Source of the DNA: Armatimonadota bacterium
GTDB lineage: Bacteria; Armatimonadota; JAAZEB01
Assembly: GCA_016199585.1 (NCBI GenBank)
Contig: JACQGM010000105.1
Coordinates: 1 to 62,992 of the forward strand
Direction of reading: 5' to 3'
Length of the DNA stretch: 62,992 nucleotides
Shown here: positions 8,039-16,955 of the stretch, piece by piece
Position numbering within the stretch: the stretch's first letter is position 1
Layout of the letters: each line of letters begins with the position of its first letter
The notes under the pieces: model-generated
What the model saw: only the letters and a program-made list of their open reading frames with translations
Told to the model about the DNA's origin: nothing
Database searches by the model: none
Position numbers and translations under genes: made by a program

Positions 8039-11000
8039 ATGCCCGACTTGAGTCTCACCCCCGAGTACGCTACCTGGCGATCCGCGCGCCTGCAGCTGCC
8101 GCAAGCGCCCGTACCCGAGGAGGGCGCCCCGCGCCTCTCCGCGTGCTACCGGAAGGAGTTCACGCTGCCCGCCGCGCCCCGGCAGGCGGCGCTGACTCTC
8201 TACATCCACGGCAGCCGCGCCTATTGGTTCGCGGTGAATGGCCGGCCGCTGCTGGAGCCGCGCGAGGACGCCCTGCAGCTCGGGGGCCTGACGAACCTGG
8301 ACGTGACCGAGGCGCTGCGCGCCGGGAAGAACGTGCTCACTTTCCGCGCCGAGTGCCAGGGCGCATCCCAGGGATCAGTCACCATCGAGGGCATCGTCTT
8401 CTGCGAGGATGGCACTACCTACCGCATCCTCTCCGACGGCTGGCAGGGCGGCTGGAACGCCCCCAAGGGTTGGGACGGGCCTGACGCCGCGCCGCAGAGC
8501 CTGGCGCCCCTGCCTGCCGGCGAGCCGCTGCGGGGCACGCCGGACAGTGTCTTCCCCCGCCCCTACTACGGCCCGATTCAGGTGACGCCCGTCTGCCCGG
8601 CCGGCAAGGCGATGAGCCAGCCGGTCTTCGACGAGGAAGCCGCCATCCTCCTGAAAGTGACACTGCCGAACCAGCAGGCGAGTGCGCGGGCACCCGTGCT
8701 CACGGCGGAGGTTGTGAACGAGTTCATCGGTGAGGACCTGGGCACTCGGACGGTGCCGCTCGCCCCCGAGGGGAAGCTGGACCTGGCGGGCACCCTCGAT
8801 CTGGGCCGATACGCCAGGGGCGCCTACCGCCTCCGATTCCGCCTGGCGGACGGCGACGAGGAGGTGGACCGCCGCGACTACGAGGTGGCCGTCGTCGGTG
8901 AGATCCCGCAGCGCCTGGTGGAGGGCACCGACTACGAGGACGGACTCGACCTGAGGGAGGTCTACAGCATAGACTGCACGGCGCCAACCAGCCCCGAGAC
9001 GTTCGTGGCGAGCCATACCCAGTGGGGAGCGAAGTCGAACGAGTGGAAGGAAGTGGAGACGCGTGTGGTGACCGGGCCGGCGGGCCGCTATCGCGTCCTG
9101 GCGGAGACGACGAGCATGTTGTACTTCGCCTACAAGTACAAGGTGAAGAAGCTCTACGTGCCGCACCTGGCCGTGGTGGAATGGCCCGACGATGCCAGGC
9201 GCAACTTCATCGTTCATGTGGCCGAGCGTGCCAGTGGCTACCCTGAATCCGATCCCGATCCCGTTACGCGGCTCAAAGACTTCCACATGCCCGGCGGGGT
9301 GGAACTCCTCGGGACTACCGACTACGGGTCCTTCCGGAGCGTGGGGTTCCAGCGCTCCGAGGCCGGGCTCGTGGCGCAGCACGACCAGCACCCCGTCCGC
9401 AGCAACAAGCTGCAGAAGCTGCACCTCCTCTTCTGGCCGAACTCGGAGGAGGGCTCCGTCCACGTCTGCAACGTGGATGGAGGGGATGAGCCGGCCGCAG
9501 CCGCCCGCGTCACCATCTATGAGATCACCAACGACTTGCCGGCACTGCGCATCGCGGATGCCGGGGACCGTCTGATCGGTCCCCACACCGAGCGCGGCCC
9601 GGCCACCATGTCGAGCACCTACTACTCGGGCCCCTTGGGGTCGTACTTCACCTCGCACCTGGGCGCGCGGGACCATCCGGAGTTCTACCGCGACTGGTAC
9701 ACGACGACGGAGAACTGGATCAAGCGGGCGCGCTTCTCCGGGCAGAACTTCTACCTGATGGGCCACTTCATGTACCAGGGCACGCTCTACCCCTCACGCC
9801 TGTCGCGCTACGGCTTCAACCAGAACAAGTACGGCGGAGGCGACGTCATCCGCGACTACGCCGGGCTCATTCTTCGCATGTTCGAGCGCAACGGCATGGC
9901 GATGGTTTCGGGCATCGAGTTCTTTTCCGTGCCGGCATTGGTCGAGACCCAGCCGACTCCGGAGGAGATCCGCGCGGGCGAAGCGAGCCCTCTCTTCATG
10001 GTGAGCCGCCGGGGGACTCTCTTCCCGCTGCACGCCGTGATCCGGGCGGACGGCTCGTGGTGGGGCAGCGGGCGGCCAGGGCTCGATGGCCGCGTCCACT
10101 GGCCCGCCATGAACTTCATGCACCCCGGAATGCAGGAGCGCCTCCTGGCGATGGTGGGGGAGTTGGCGGACCTCTACGGGGAGTACCCCGCCTGGAAAGG
10201 CGTCGCGCTCGTCCTCTCGCGCTGCTTTGGACCGATGGAGCCGGCGCTCCTGCGCAGCGTGGACCTGTTGGAAGCGGGCTATGAGGACTACACCATTGAT
10301 CTCTTCGAGAAGGAGACCGGCACGCTCGTTCCGGTGGACGCGAAGGACCCCGAGCGCTTCGAGAAGCGCTACCAGTGGATCATGGGGAATGTGCGCGAGG
10401 GCTGGATTGACTGGCGCACGCGGAAGTACACGGAGCTGTACCGCCGCCTCGGGGAGCGGGTGGCACAGGCTCGTCCCGACGTCAAGCTGCACCTGATCGT
10501 CGGCGAGCCGATGCTCTGGCGCGGCAGCCAGGAGATCCTCGACGGGCGCTTCGATGACCTGCCGTACGCTGTGGATGTGCTGCGCCAGTTCGGGTTCGAT
10601 CTCGACAGCCTCCGGAAGGAGCCGGGGATCGTTCTCACCCAGTCCTTCCCCTCTCCCGGCTCTGGTGACGCGCGCATGACCGATGGCCATGACGGGTGGC
10701 GCGAGTTCACCCAGAACCAGGCATGGCAGTCCCTCTTCGCCAACGACAACCGCGGCGGCGCCTACGTGAAGAGCGGCTTGCAGCACTGGGGCAACTACAC
10801 CTTCCCCGAGGGGAAATGGCTCTTCCGCAACGTGCAGACCCGTCAGGGGTGGTTCTGGTCTACCTACGCCATCGAAACCTTCGTCAACACCATGGTCCGC
10901 TCCAACCCCACCTGGATCCCCCATACCTGGACGGACATCTCTGACTCCATGGGCCGCATCCAGGAACAGCGCCTCTTCGCGCGCGCCTACCGCAGCCTCC

Positions 11001-11539
11001 CGAACGGCCGGTACGAGCGTCTCACCGGCAACGGGCTGGACCGCAACCTATGGGTCTCGCGCACGCAGGCGAAGGGCGCTACTTACGCCTACGCGGCCAA
11101 CCTGCACTGGTGGGCACCGGAGGTGACGTTGCGCTTCAGCGAGGGCGCCCGGGTCCACGATCTGATCAAGGACCAGCCGGTGGCGCTGCAGGCCGGGGCC
11201 TGGGCGTTCCGGCTGGAGCCCTACCAGATCCAGAGCTTCCGTGTCAGCGGGGGCACGATCCTCTCCGCGGAGACACGGATTCCGGCGGCGGACCGCGAAT
11301 ACCTGGAAGGGGAAGTGCGCTGCACTCTGGGAGAGGCCCGGGATGTGGCAGCAGCGGCCCGCGCCCGCGAGAGGGAGTTGGCGGGCAAGGCGGGCTGGGA
11401 GGCGCTCCGCGAGCTGGAGGGCCGGATCGCGCGGGCCCAGGCCCGGCTGGACCAGGGGGACCTGGCGGGCGCCTACACGCTGATCAGCGGCGCGCTCCCC
11501 GTCGCCCGAGACCGGATTGCAGGCCTGCTGAAGCCGTAG
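8039..11539 (+). CDS. giant uncharacterized protein, paralog P1 (N-terminal rhamnosidase-N/GH2-N-like beta-sandwich, large unassigned core, helical C-terminal tail)
   Basis: ORF 7976-11539. I prefer ATG 8039 (AGGAG 8028-8032). 'CYRKEFTLPAAPRQAALTLYIHGSRAYWFAVNGRPL...LTNLDVTEALRAGKNVL' resembles sugar-binding beta-sandwich domains. It is collinear with the next gene over the whole length. No signal peptide is visible. Confidence 0.8.
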   Translation: MPDLSLTPEYATWRSARLQLPQAPVPEEGAPRLSACYRKEFTLPAAPRQAALTLYIHGSRAYWFAVNGRPLLEPREDALQLGGLTNLDVTEALRAGKNVLTFRAECQGASQGSVTIEGIVFCEDGTTYRILSDGWQGGWNAPKGWDGPDAAPQSLAPLPAGEPLRGTPDSVFPRPYYGPIQVTPVCPAGKAMSQPVFDEEAAILLKVTLPNQQASARAPVLTAEVVNEFIGEDLGTRTVPLAPEGKLDLAGTLDLGRYARGAYRLRFRLADGDEEVDRRDYEVAVVGEIPQRLVEGTDYEDGLDLREVYSIDCTAPTSPETFVASHTQWGAKSNEWKEVETRVVTGPAGRYRVLAETTSMLYFAYKYKVKKLYVPHLAVVEWPDDARRNFIVHVAERASGYPESDPDPVTRLKDFHMPGGVELLGTTDYGSFRSVGFQRSEAGLVAQHDQHPVRSNKLQKLHLLFWPNSEEGSVHVCNVDGGDEPAAAARVTIYEITNDLPALRIADAGDRLIGPHTERGPATMSSTYYSGPLGSYFTSHLGARDHPEFYRDWYTTTENWIKRARFSGQNFYLMGHFMYQGTLYPSRLSRYGFNQNKYGGGDVIRDYAGLILRMFERNGMAMVSGIEFFSVPALVETQPTPEEIRAGEASPLFMVSRRGTLFPLHAVIRADGSWWGSGRPGLDGRVHWPAMNFMHPGMQERLLAMVGELADLYGEYPAWKGVALVLSRCFGPMEPALLRSVDLLEAGYEDYTIDLFEKETGTLVPVDAKDPERFEKRYQWIMGNVREGWIDWRTRKYTELYRRLGERVAQARPDVKLHLIVGEPMLWRGSQEILDGRFDDLPYAVDVLRQFGFDLDSLRKEPGIVLTQSFPSPGSGDARMTDGHDGWREFTQNQAWQSLFANDNRGGAYVKSGLQHWGNYTFPEGKWLFRNVQTRQGWFWSTYAIETFVNTMVRSNPTWIPHTWTDISDSMGRIQEQRLFARAYRSLPNGRYERLTGNGLDRNLWVSRTQAKGATYAYAANLHWWAPEVTLRFSEGARVHDLIKDQPVALQAGAWAFRLEPYQIQSFRVSGGTILSAETRIPAADREYLEGEVRCTLGEARDVAAAARARERELAGKAGWEALRELEGRIARAQARLDQGDLAGAYTLISGALPVARDRIAGLLKP

Positions 11540-11705
11540 CATGGCTTGGGCAGCCGCGCCGGAGAGGTTGGGGTCCTCAGGAGAGCGATCCCTCCGCCGT
11601 CGTGCGAGTGGCGCGTCCGGGAGGGGGCGCGTGCGTCTGAGACACGCGCGCCAGGCGAGGCTGCCGCTGGTGTGGCCCGGCCGCTGTCTCGCAGAAGGGA
11701 AGGGC

Positions 11706-14700
11706 ATGATGCGACGACTGGCGTTTTGGATCGGTCTGATGATGGCGATGACCAGCCCGGGAACCCCGGGCGAGGCCCAGATCCCCACACAGGAGGAACG
11801 GATGCTCAACTCAAGCCTCAGCCCTGAATACGCCACCTGGCGCTCCGGGGCGCTTCAGTTGGCGCCAGCCGAGGCGCCGCCGGGGGGCCAGCCGGCGAGA
11901 CTGGCGTGCTACCGGAAGGAGATCACGCTCCCGGCAGCGCCGCGCCAGGCAGCGCTCACGGTCTACGTGCAGATGAGCCGCAGCCCGGCTCCCTACTGGT
12001 TCGCCGTGAACGGGCGGACCCTTCTCCAGCCGCGTGAAGGCGGCTTTCAGACCGGGGGTCTGGCGAACCTGGATGTCACCGGGCTGCTGCGCCCTGGCCG
12101 CAACGTGCTCACTTTCAAGCGCGAGTGCCGCGACGCGGCCCAGAGCTGGCTGGTGGTGGAGGGCATCGTCTTCTGCGAGGGCGGGAGCACCCACCGCATC
12201 CTCTCCGACGGCTGGGAGGGCGGCTGGAATGCCCCCGAGGGCTGGGACCGGACGGATGCCGTAGGGCGCGGGCTCCGCCCCGCGCCGGGCCTGGCGCCGG
12301 TGGCGGCCGCGGAGCCGCTGCGGGGCAGGCCGGGGAGCACCTTCCCGCGCCCCTACTACGGGCCGATCCAGGTGGCGCCCGCCGGCAGCGCCGGCAAGCC
12401 CGGCGCCGAGCCGATCTTCGATGAGGAGAAGCCGGTCGCCCTGGAGATCCTCCTCCTGAACGGACGGGCGGGTGGCAGGGACCCTTCGCTCACCGTCGAG
12501 GTGATGGACGAGTTCTCCCGGAATCCTCTGGGGCAGCGCACCATCTCCCTGGCGCCGCAGGGAGAGCGCGACCTGGCCGGCGCCCTGGATCTCGGCAAGC
12601 TGGCGAAGGGCGCCTACCGCTGCCGCTTCCTCCTCAAAGAGGGCGGCGCGGATGTGGACCGCCGCGACTACGAGGTGGCCGTCGTCGGCGAGATCAAGCA
12701 GCGACTGGTGGATGGCGCCAGCTACGAAGACGGGTTGGACCTGAAGGAGGTCTACAGCATAGACTGCACGGCGCCGACCACTCCCGATACGTTCGTGGCC
12801 AGCCACACGGAGTGGGGCGCCAAACCGGACGAGTGGCGCGAGGTGGAGACGCGCTTGGCGGAGGGTCCCGCGGGCCGTTACCGCGTGCTGGTGGAGCCCA
12901 CGCGCATGCTCTTCTTCGCCTACAAGTACCGGGTGAAGAAGCTGTACGCGCCGCACCTGGCGGTGGTGGAGTGGCCGGACGACGCCCGCCGCAACTTCAT
13001 CGTCCACCTCAAGGAGCCGGGGAGCATCAGCAGCCAGAACTCCGGGTTCCAGCGGTCGGAGGCGGGCCTCGTCACCGATGACGACCGGCATCCGACCCGC
13101 AGCAACCGGATGCAGAAGCTGCACCTCCTCTTCTGGCCCAACTCCGAGGAAGGCTCCATTCACGTCTGCAACGTGGGCGGGGGAGAGGCGCCCGCCGCGG
13201 CGGCGCGCATCACCGTCTACGAGATCGCCAACGACCTGCCCGCGCTGCGCATCGCCGACGCCGGCGACCACCTGATCGGCCCGCACACCGAGCGGGGTCC
13301 CTGGACCATGGCCAGCAACTACTACGCCGGTCCTCTGGGCGCCCAGTTCATGCAGTTCCTCGGGCCGCGAGACCACCCGGAGTATTACCGCAACTGGTAC
13401 ACGACCACGGAGAACTGGATCAAGCGGGCGCGCTTCTCCGGCCAGAACCTCTACCTGATGGGCCACTTCATGTACAAGGGCACGCTCTACCCCTCCCATC
13501 TCTCGGAATACGGCTACGACCAGAACAACTACAGCGGCGGCGATGCCGTGCGCGACTACGTGGGCCTCATCCTGCGCATGTTCGAGCGGAACGGCATGGC
13601 GATGGTCTCCGGCGTGGAGCACTTCTCCGTGCCGGGGGATACCCAGCCGACGCCCGAGGAGATCCGCAAGGGAGTCTCCACGCTCTTCTCGGTCAGCCGC
13701 GAGGGGAAGCTCTTCCCGCTCCATTCCGTCCGCCGGGCGGATGGGACCTGGGGCGGCAGCGGCCGACCGCGCGAAGACGGCACCATGAACTGGCCAGCGA
13801 TGAACTACTTCCACCCGCAGGTGCAGGAGCGGTTCCTCGCCATTGTGGGGGATCTGGCGGACCGCTACGCGCGCTACCCCGCCTGGAAGGGCGTCGCCAT
13901 CTTCCTCTCCCGCTGCTTCGGGCCGATGGAGCCCGCCCTCTTGCGCAGCGTGGACCTGCTCGAGTGCGGCTACGAGGACTACACCATTGACCTCTTCGAG
14001 AAGGAGACGGGCCTGACCGTTCCCGTGGACAAGAAGGACCCGGCTCGCTTCGAGAAACGGTATCAGTGGCTGATGGGCAAGCAGCGCCAGCGCTGGATCG
14101 ACTGGCGCTCGCGCAAGTACACGGACCTCTTCCGCCGCATGCGAGACCGCATCGCGCAAGGGAGGCCCGACGTGAAGCTCCAGCTCGTCATCGCCGAGCC
14201 GATGCTCTGGACCGGCAGCCAGGAGATCATGGACGGCCACTACGACAACGTGGCCTATATGAACGACCTGGTCCGGCGCTTCGGCTTCGACCTCGCATCC
14301 TTGAAGAACGAACCGGGTATCGTCGTCAACCAGGTGTTCGCCCTCGCCGGATCGGGAGAGGCACAGCAGACCGGGGGACACGAGGGATGGCGGGAGTTCT
14401 CCCAGAACGACGCCTGGCAGGCGCTCTTCGCGAACGACAACCAGGGCGGCGCCTACATCAAGGGGAACATTCCCCACTACGGCGCCTACACCTTCCCTCC
14501 GGGTCGCTGGATCTTCACCGGTTCCGGCACCCGCCAGGGGTGGTTCTGGTCCACCTACGTGACCGAGACGCTGGTGAACGTGATGGCGCGCTCCAACCCG
14601 ACCTGGATGCCCCATACCTGGATGGATGTCTGCGAATCGATGGGCCGTATCCAGGAGCAGCGCCTCTTCGCCCGCGCCTACCGCAGCCTCCCCGACGGCA

Positions 14701-15230
14701 AATACGAACACCTCACCGGCAGCGGCCTCGACCGCAACCTGTGGGTTTCCCGCACGCAGGCGAAGGGTGCGGAGCATGCCTACGCCGCCAACCTGAACTG
14801 GTGGACGCCGGAGGTGACGCTGCGCTTCTCCGAGGGCGCTCAGGTCCACGATCTGATCAAGGACCAGCCGCTGGCGCTGCAGGGCGGGGCGTGGACCTTC
14901 CGCCTGCCGCCCTACCAGGCGCAGAGTTTCCGGCTCACCGGGGGCCGGATCCTCTCCGCGGAAACGCAGATCCCGGCGGCGGACCGCGAGCAGGCGGAGG
15001 GCGAAGTGCGCCGGACGCTCCAGGAGGCCCGAGAGGTGGCCGCCGGGGCGCGGGCCCGGGAAGCGGAGCTGGCGGGCAAGCCGGGCTGGGAGGCGCTGCG
15101 CGAGCTGGAGGGCCGGGTGACGCGGGCGCAGGCCCAACTGGATGAGGGCGACCTGGCGGGCGCCTACACGCTGGTCAGCGGGGCGCTCCCCGTCGCCCGA
15201 GACCGGATCGCGAGCCTCCTCCAGAAGTAG
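11706..15230 (+). CDS. giant uncharacterized protein, paralog P2 (secreted)
   Basis: ORF 11541-15230. I prefer ATG 11706, which gives the signal peptide 'MMRRLAFWIGLMMAMTSPGTPGEAQ'. It is collinear with P1 and many nucleotide stretches are identical. Confidence 0.8.
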   Translation: MMRRLAFWIGLMMAMTSPGTPGEAQIPTQEERMLNSSLSPEYATWRSGALQLAPAEAPPGGQPARLACYRKEITLPAAPRQAALTVYVQMSRSPAPYWFAVNGRTLLQPREGGFQTGGLANLDVTGLLRPGRNVLTFKRECRDAAQSWLVVEGIVFCEGGSTHRILSDGWEGGWNAPEGWDRTDAVGRGLRPAPGLAPVAAAEPLRGRPGSTFPRPYYGPIQVAPAGSAGKPGAEPIFDEEKPVALEILLLNGRAGGRDPSLTVEVMDEFSRNPLGQRTISLAPQGERDLAGALDLGKLAKGAYRCRFLLKEGGADVDRRDYEVAVVGEIKQRLVDGASYEDGLDLKEVYSIDCTAPTTPDTFVASHTEWGAKPDEWREVETRLAEGPAGRYRVLVEPTRMLFFAYKYRVKKLYAPHLAVVEWPDDARRNFIVHLKEPGSISSQNSGFQRSEAGLVTDDDRHPTRSNRMQKLHLLFWPNSEEGSIHVCNVGGGEAPAAAARITVYEIANDLPALRIADAGDHLIGPHTERGPWTMASNYYAGPLGAQFMQFLGPRDHPEYYRNWYTTTENWIKRARFSGQNLYLMGHFMYKGTLYPSHLSEYGYDQNNYSGGDAVRDYVGLILRMFERNGMAMVSGVEHFSVPGDTQPTPEEIRKGVSTLFSVSREGKLFPLHSVRRADGTWGGSGRPREDGTMNWPAMNYFHPQVQERFLAIVGDLADRYARYPAWKGVAIFLSRCFGPMEPALLRSVDLLECGYEDYTIDLFEKETGLTVPVDKKDPARFEKRYQWLMGKQRQRWIDWRSRKYTDLFRRMRDRIAQGRPDVKLQLVIAEPMLWTGSQEIMDGHYDNVAYMNDLVRRFGFDLASLKNEPGIVVNQVFALAGSGEAQQTGGHEGWREFSQNDAWQALFANDNQGGAYIKGNIPHYGAYTFPPGRWIFTGSGTRQGWFWSTYVTETLVNVMARSNPTWMPHTWMDVCESMGRIQEQRLFARAYRSLPDGKYEHLTGSGLDRNLWVSRTQAKGAEHAYAANLNWWTPEVTLRFSEGAQVHDLIKDQPLALQGGAWTFRLPPYQAQSFRLTGGRILSAETQIPAADREQAEGEVRRTLQEAREVAAGARAREAELAGKPGWEALRELEGRVTRAQAQLDEGDLAGAYTLVSGALPVARDRIASLLQK

Positions 15231-15246
15231 GCGGATTCGGATCGCG

Positions 15247-15276
15247 CGAGGGGGGGAGCATCGGGATCCCCCCTCG
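15247..15276 (+). terminator. G/C-run hairpin after P2
   Basis: CGAGGGGGG (15247-15255) pairs with CCCCCCTCG (15268-15276). It starts 17 nt after the stop codon and has no U-tract. Confidence 0.4.
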
Positions 15277-15380
15277 GGCTTCGGAAAGGGTTGGCGGTGA
15301 GACGCGCACTTCTCCCCCCGGGCAATGGCCGGGACCTGCCCGACTGGGTCTACCCCATCGCGGATTGAGGCGGCGGGCCG

Positions 15381-16700
15381 ATGGATTACAGCCTGCTGAA
15401 CGAGATACGGGAAGCGCTGGCCGCCGAAGGGGCGGCGGGCGTCCTGGCTGAGCGCCTGCAGGCCCTGCGCGCCGCCGACCTCGCCGACGTGATGGAGCGC
15501 CTCAACCAGGAGGAGCGCCGGTCCCTCTTCCTGCTCCTCCCCGACGAGGAGGCGGGCGCGGTGCTGCAGGAGCTGGACGAGGCGGCGGCAGCCGAAGTGC
15601 TGGAGAACCTCCCCGCCGAACGCGCCTCGCGCCTGCTGGGCGGTATCCCCAGCGACGACGCCGCCGACCTGCTGCAAGACCTCCCCGACCAGGCCGCCGA
15701 CGCCCTCCTCGCCGGGATGGCGCGCGACGATGCCCGGGCCGTCCGCCAGCTCATGGAGTACCCCGAGACCACGGCCGGCGGGCGCATGACCACCGAGTTC
15801 GCCACCGTCTCCGAGGATGCCACGGTCGCGCAGGTGATCGCCGGCCTGCGCGACCAACCGCCTGCGGCGGAGACCGGCTACTACCTCTACGTGTGTGACT
15901 CCCTCGAGCGACTGAAGGGTGTGGTCTCCCTGCGCGACCTGATCGTGGCCGCCCCCGAGGCGCGCATCGGCGAGATCATGGCCCGCGAAGTCGTCAGTGT
16001 GCCGGCCGATGCCGACCAGGAAGAGGCGGCCGACCTGGTGGCCCGGTATGACCTGCTGGCCCTGCCCGTGGTGGATGCCGACCAGCGCCTGGTGGGCGTC
16101 ATCACGGTAGACGACGTGCTGGAGGTGCTGGAGGAGGAGGCCACCGAAGACATCCTGGGCCTGGCGCCGGGGTCGGAGCCCTCGCCGGCGCGATTGGCTC
16201 CGTCGTTGCGGGCGCGCTTGTCGCGCGCGGCGGCCGTGCTCCTTGCCGGGCTGGCCGCCGCGGGGCTGGTGAGCCCGGGGCAACCAGGGCTTTCGGTGCG
16301 GGCGCCGTTCCTCCTCTTCCTGCCGCTCGTATTGGCGGTCAGCGAAGTGGTCACCGCACAGGTGATGGCGGGCGTGGCGGGTGCCTTCCGCCGCGAGCTG
16401 CCCGCTGCGGCGTTGGCGCGCGCCGCCGGGCGCGAGTTGGTCGTCACGGGGATGCTCGCCGGGGGCGCCGGGCTGGCGGTCGCGGCGCTCCTCGGCCGCT
16501 GGCACGGCCTGGGTGCGGTGGGCGCCGATCTTGGGGCGGCGGTGTTCCTCGTCGCCCTCATCGCGGCCGTGATCGGCGTCGCGGCTCCCATCCTGTCGCA
16601 CCTGCTCCGTCACGACCCTTCGGCCGCTCCCGTCTCCTTGGTCGCGGCGCTCTCCGCCGTGGTCGGCGTGGCGACGTACCTGTGGGTGGTGGGGCGTTAG
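15381..16700 (+). CDS. mgtE: MgtE-family divalent cation transporter homolog (divergent membrane domain)
   Basis: It has an MgtE N-domain ('LADVMERLNQEERRSLFLLLPDEEAGAVLQEL', 'DDAADLLQDLP'), a tandem CBS region ('MTTEFATVSEDATV', 'LLALPVVDADQRLVGVITVDDVLEVLEEEATED') and a C-terminal multi-TM domain. Confidence 0.8.
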   Translation: MDYSLLNEIREALAAEGAAGVLAERLQALRAADLADVMERLNQEERRSLFLLLPDEEAGAVLQELDEAAAAEVLENLPAERASRLLGGIPSDDAADLLQDLPDQAADALLAGMARDDARAVRQLMEYPETTAGGRMTTEFATVSEDATVAQVIAGLRDQPPAAETGYYLYVCDSLERLKGVVSLRDLIVAAPEARIGEIMAREVVSVPADADQEEAADLVARYDLLALPVVDADQRLVGVITVDDVLEVLEEEATEDILGLAPGSEPSPARLAPSLRARLSRAAAVLLAGLAAAGLVSPGQPGLSVRAPFLLFLPLVLAVSEVVTAQVMAGVAGAFRRELPAAALARAAGRELVVTGMLAGGAGLAVAALLGRWHGLGAVGADLGAAVFLVALIAAVIGVAAPILSHLLRHDPSAAPVSLVAALSAVVGVATYLWVVGR

Positions 16701-16754
16701 AGCCGGGCCGCGAACTGACGTGGGCGCCCTGCAAGAGAGTGCGCGAGAACGCCC

Positions 16755-16858
16755 GGAGACGCAGAGCGGGGAACACGGAGGCGCTGAGGATCCCGAGGAC
16801 GCTGAGGATCAGGCTGAATTCTTATACAGACCTCAGTGCTTTCCCTTTCCTCCGTAGG
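16755..16858. repeat. strand-skewed imperfect palindromic intergenic element, copy A
   Basis: A purine-rich arm (GGAGACGCAGAG..GGGGAAC..CACGGAGG..ACGCTGAGG) faces a pyrimidine-rich arm (CCTCAGTGC..TTTCCC..CCTCCGTA). It shares words and architecture with the element at 24522-24682. Confidence 0.5.
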
Positions 16859-16921
16859 GGCGAAGCATGCGCGCACAGGTCCGGGCATTCAGCGACGGCG
16901 CCTCGCGAATGCTTCGCCCCT
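16856..16921. terminator. long hairpin between the convergent mgtE and comEC genes
   Basis: AGGGGCGAAGCATGCGCG (16856-16873) pairs with CGCGAATGCTTCGCCCCT (16904-16921). The arms are 18 nt with one mismatch and a 30-nt loop. Confidence 0.5.
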
Positions 16922-16955
16922 ACCGCAGACCGGATCCGAACGGACACAATCCGTA

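Noticed and set aside
15231-15380. A possible M-box (Mg2+ riboswitch) in front of mgtE, because of GGTTGGCGGTGAGAC and GCCCGACTGGGTC.
   Set aside because: Only about 150 nt are available, and part of that is the P2 terminator hairpin. The resemblance is limited to two short words, and the conserved 3' half of the M-box is absent. The evidence is too weak without a covariance-model scan.
11811-16613. A 1600-aa uninterrupted ORF on the minus strand, spanning P2 and mgtE.
   Set aside because: It is antisense to two genes with clear domain signatures. Its translation is Arg/Gly/Ala/Pro-rich low complexity with no recognisable motif. Long stop-free antisense frames are expected when the sense strand uses GC-rich third positions. 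I treat it as a shadow ORF.
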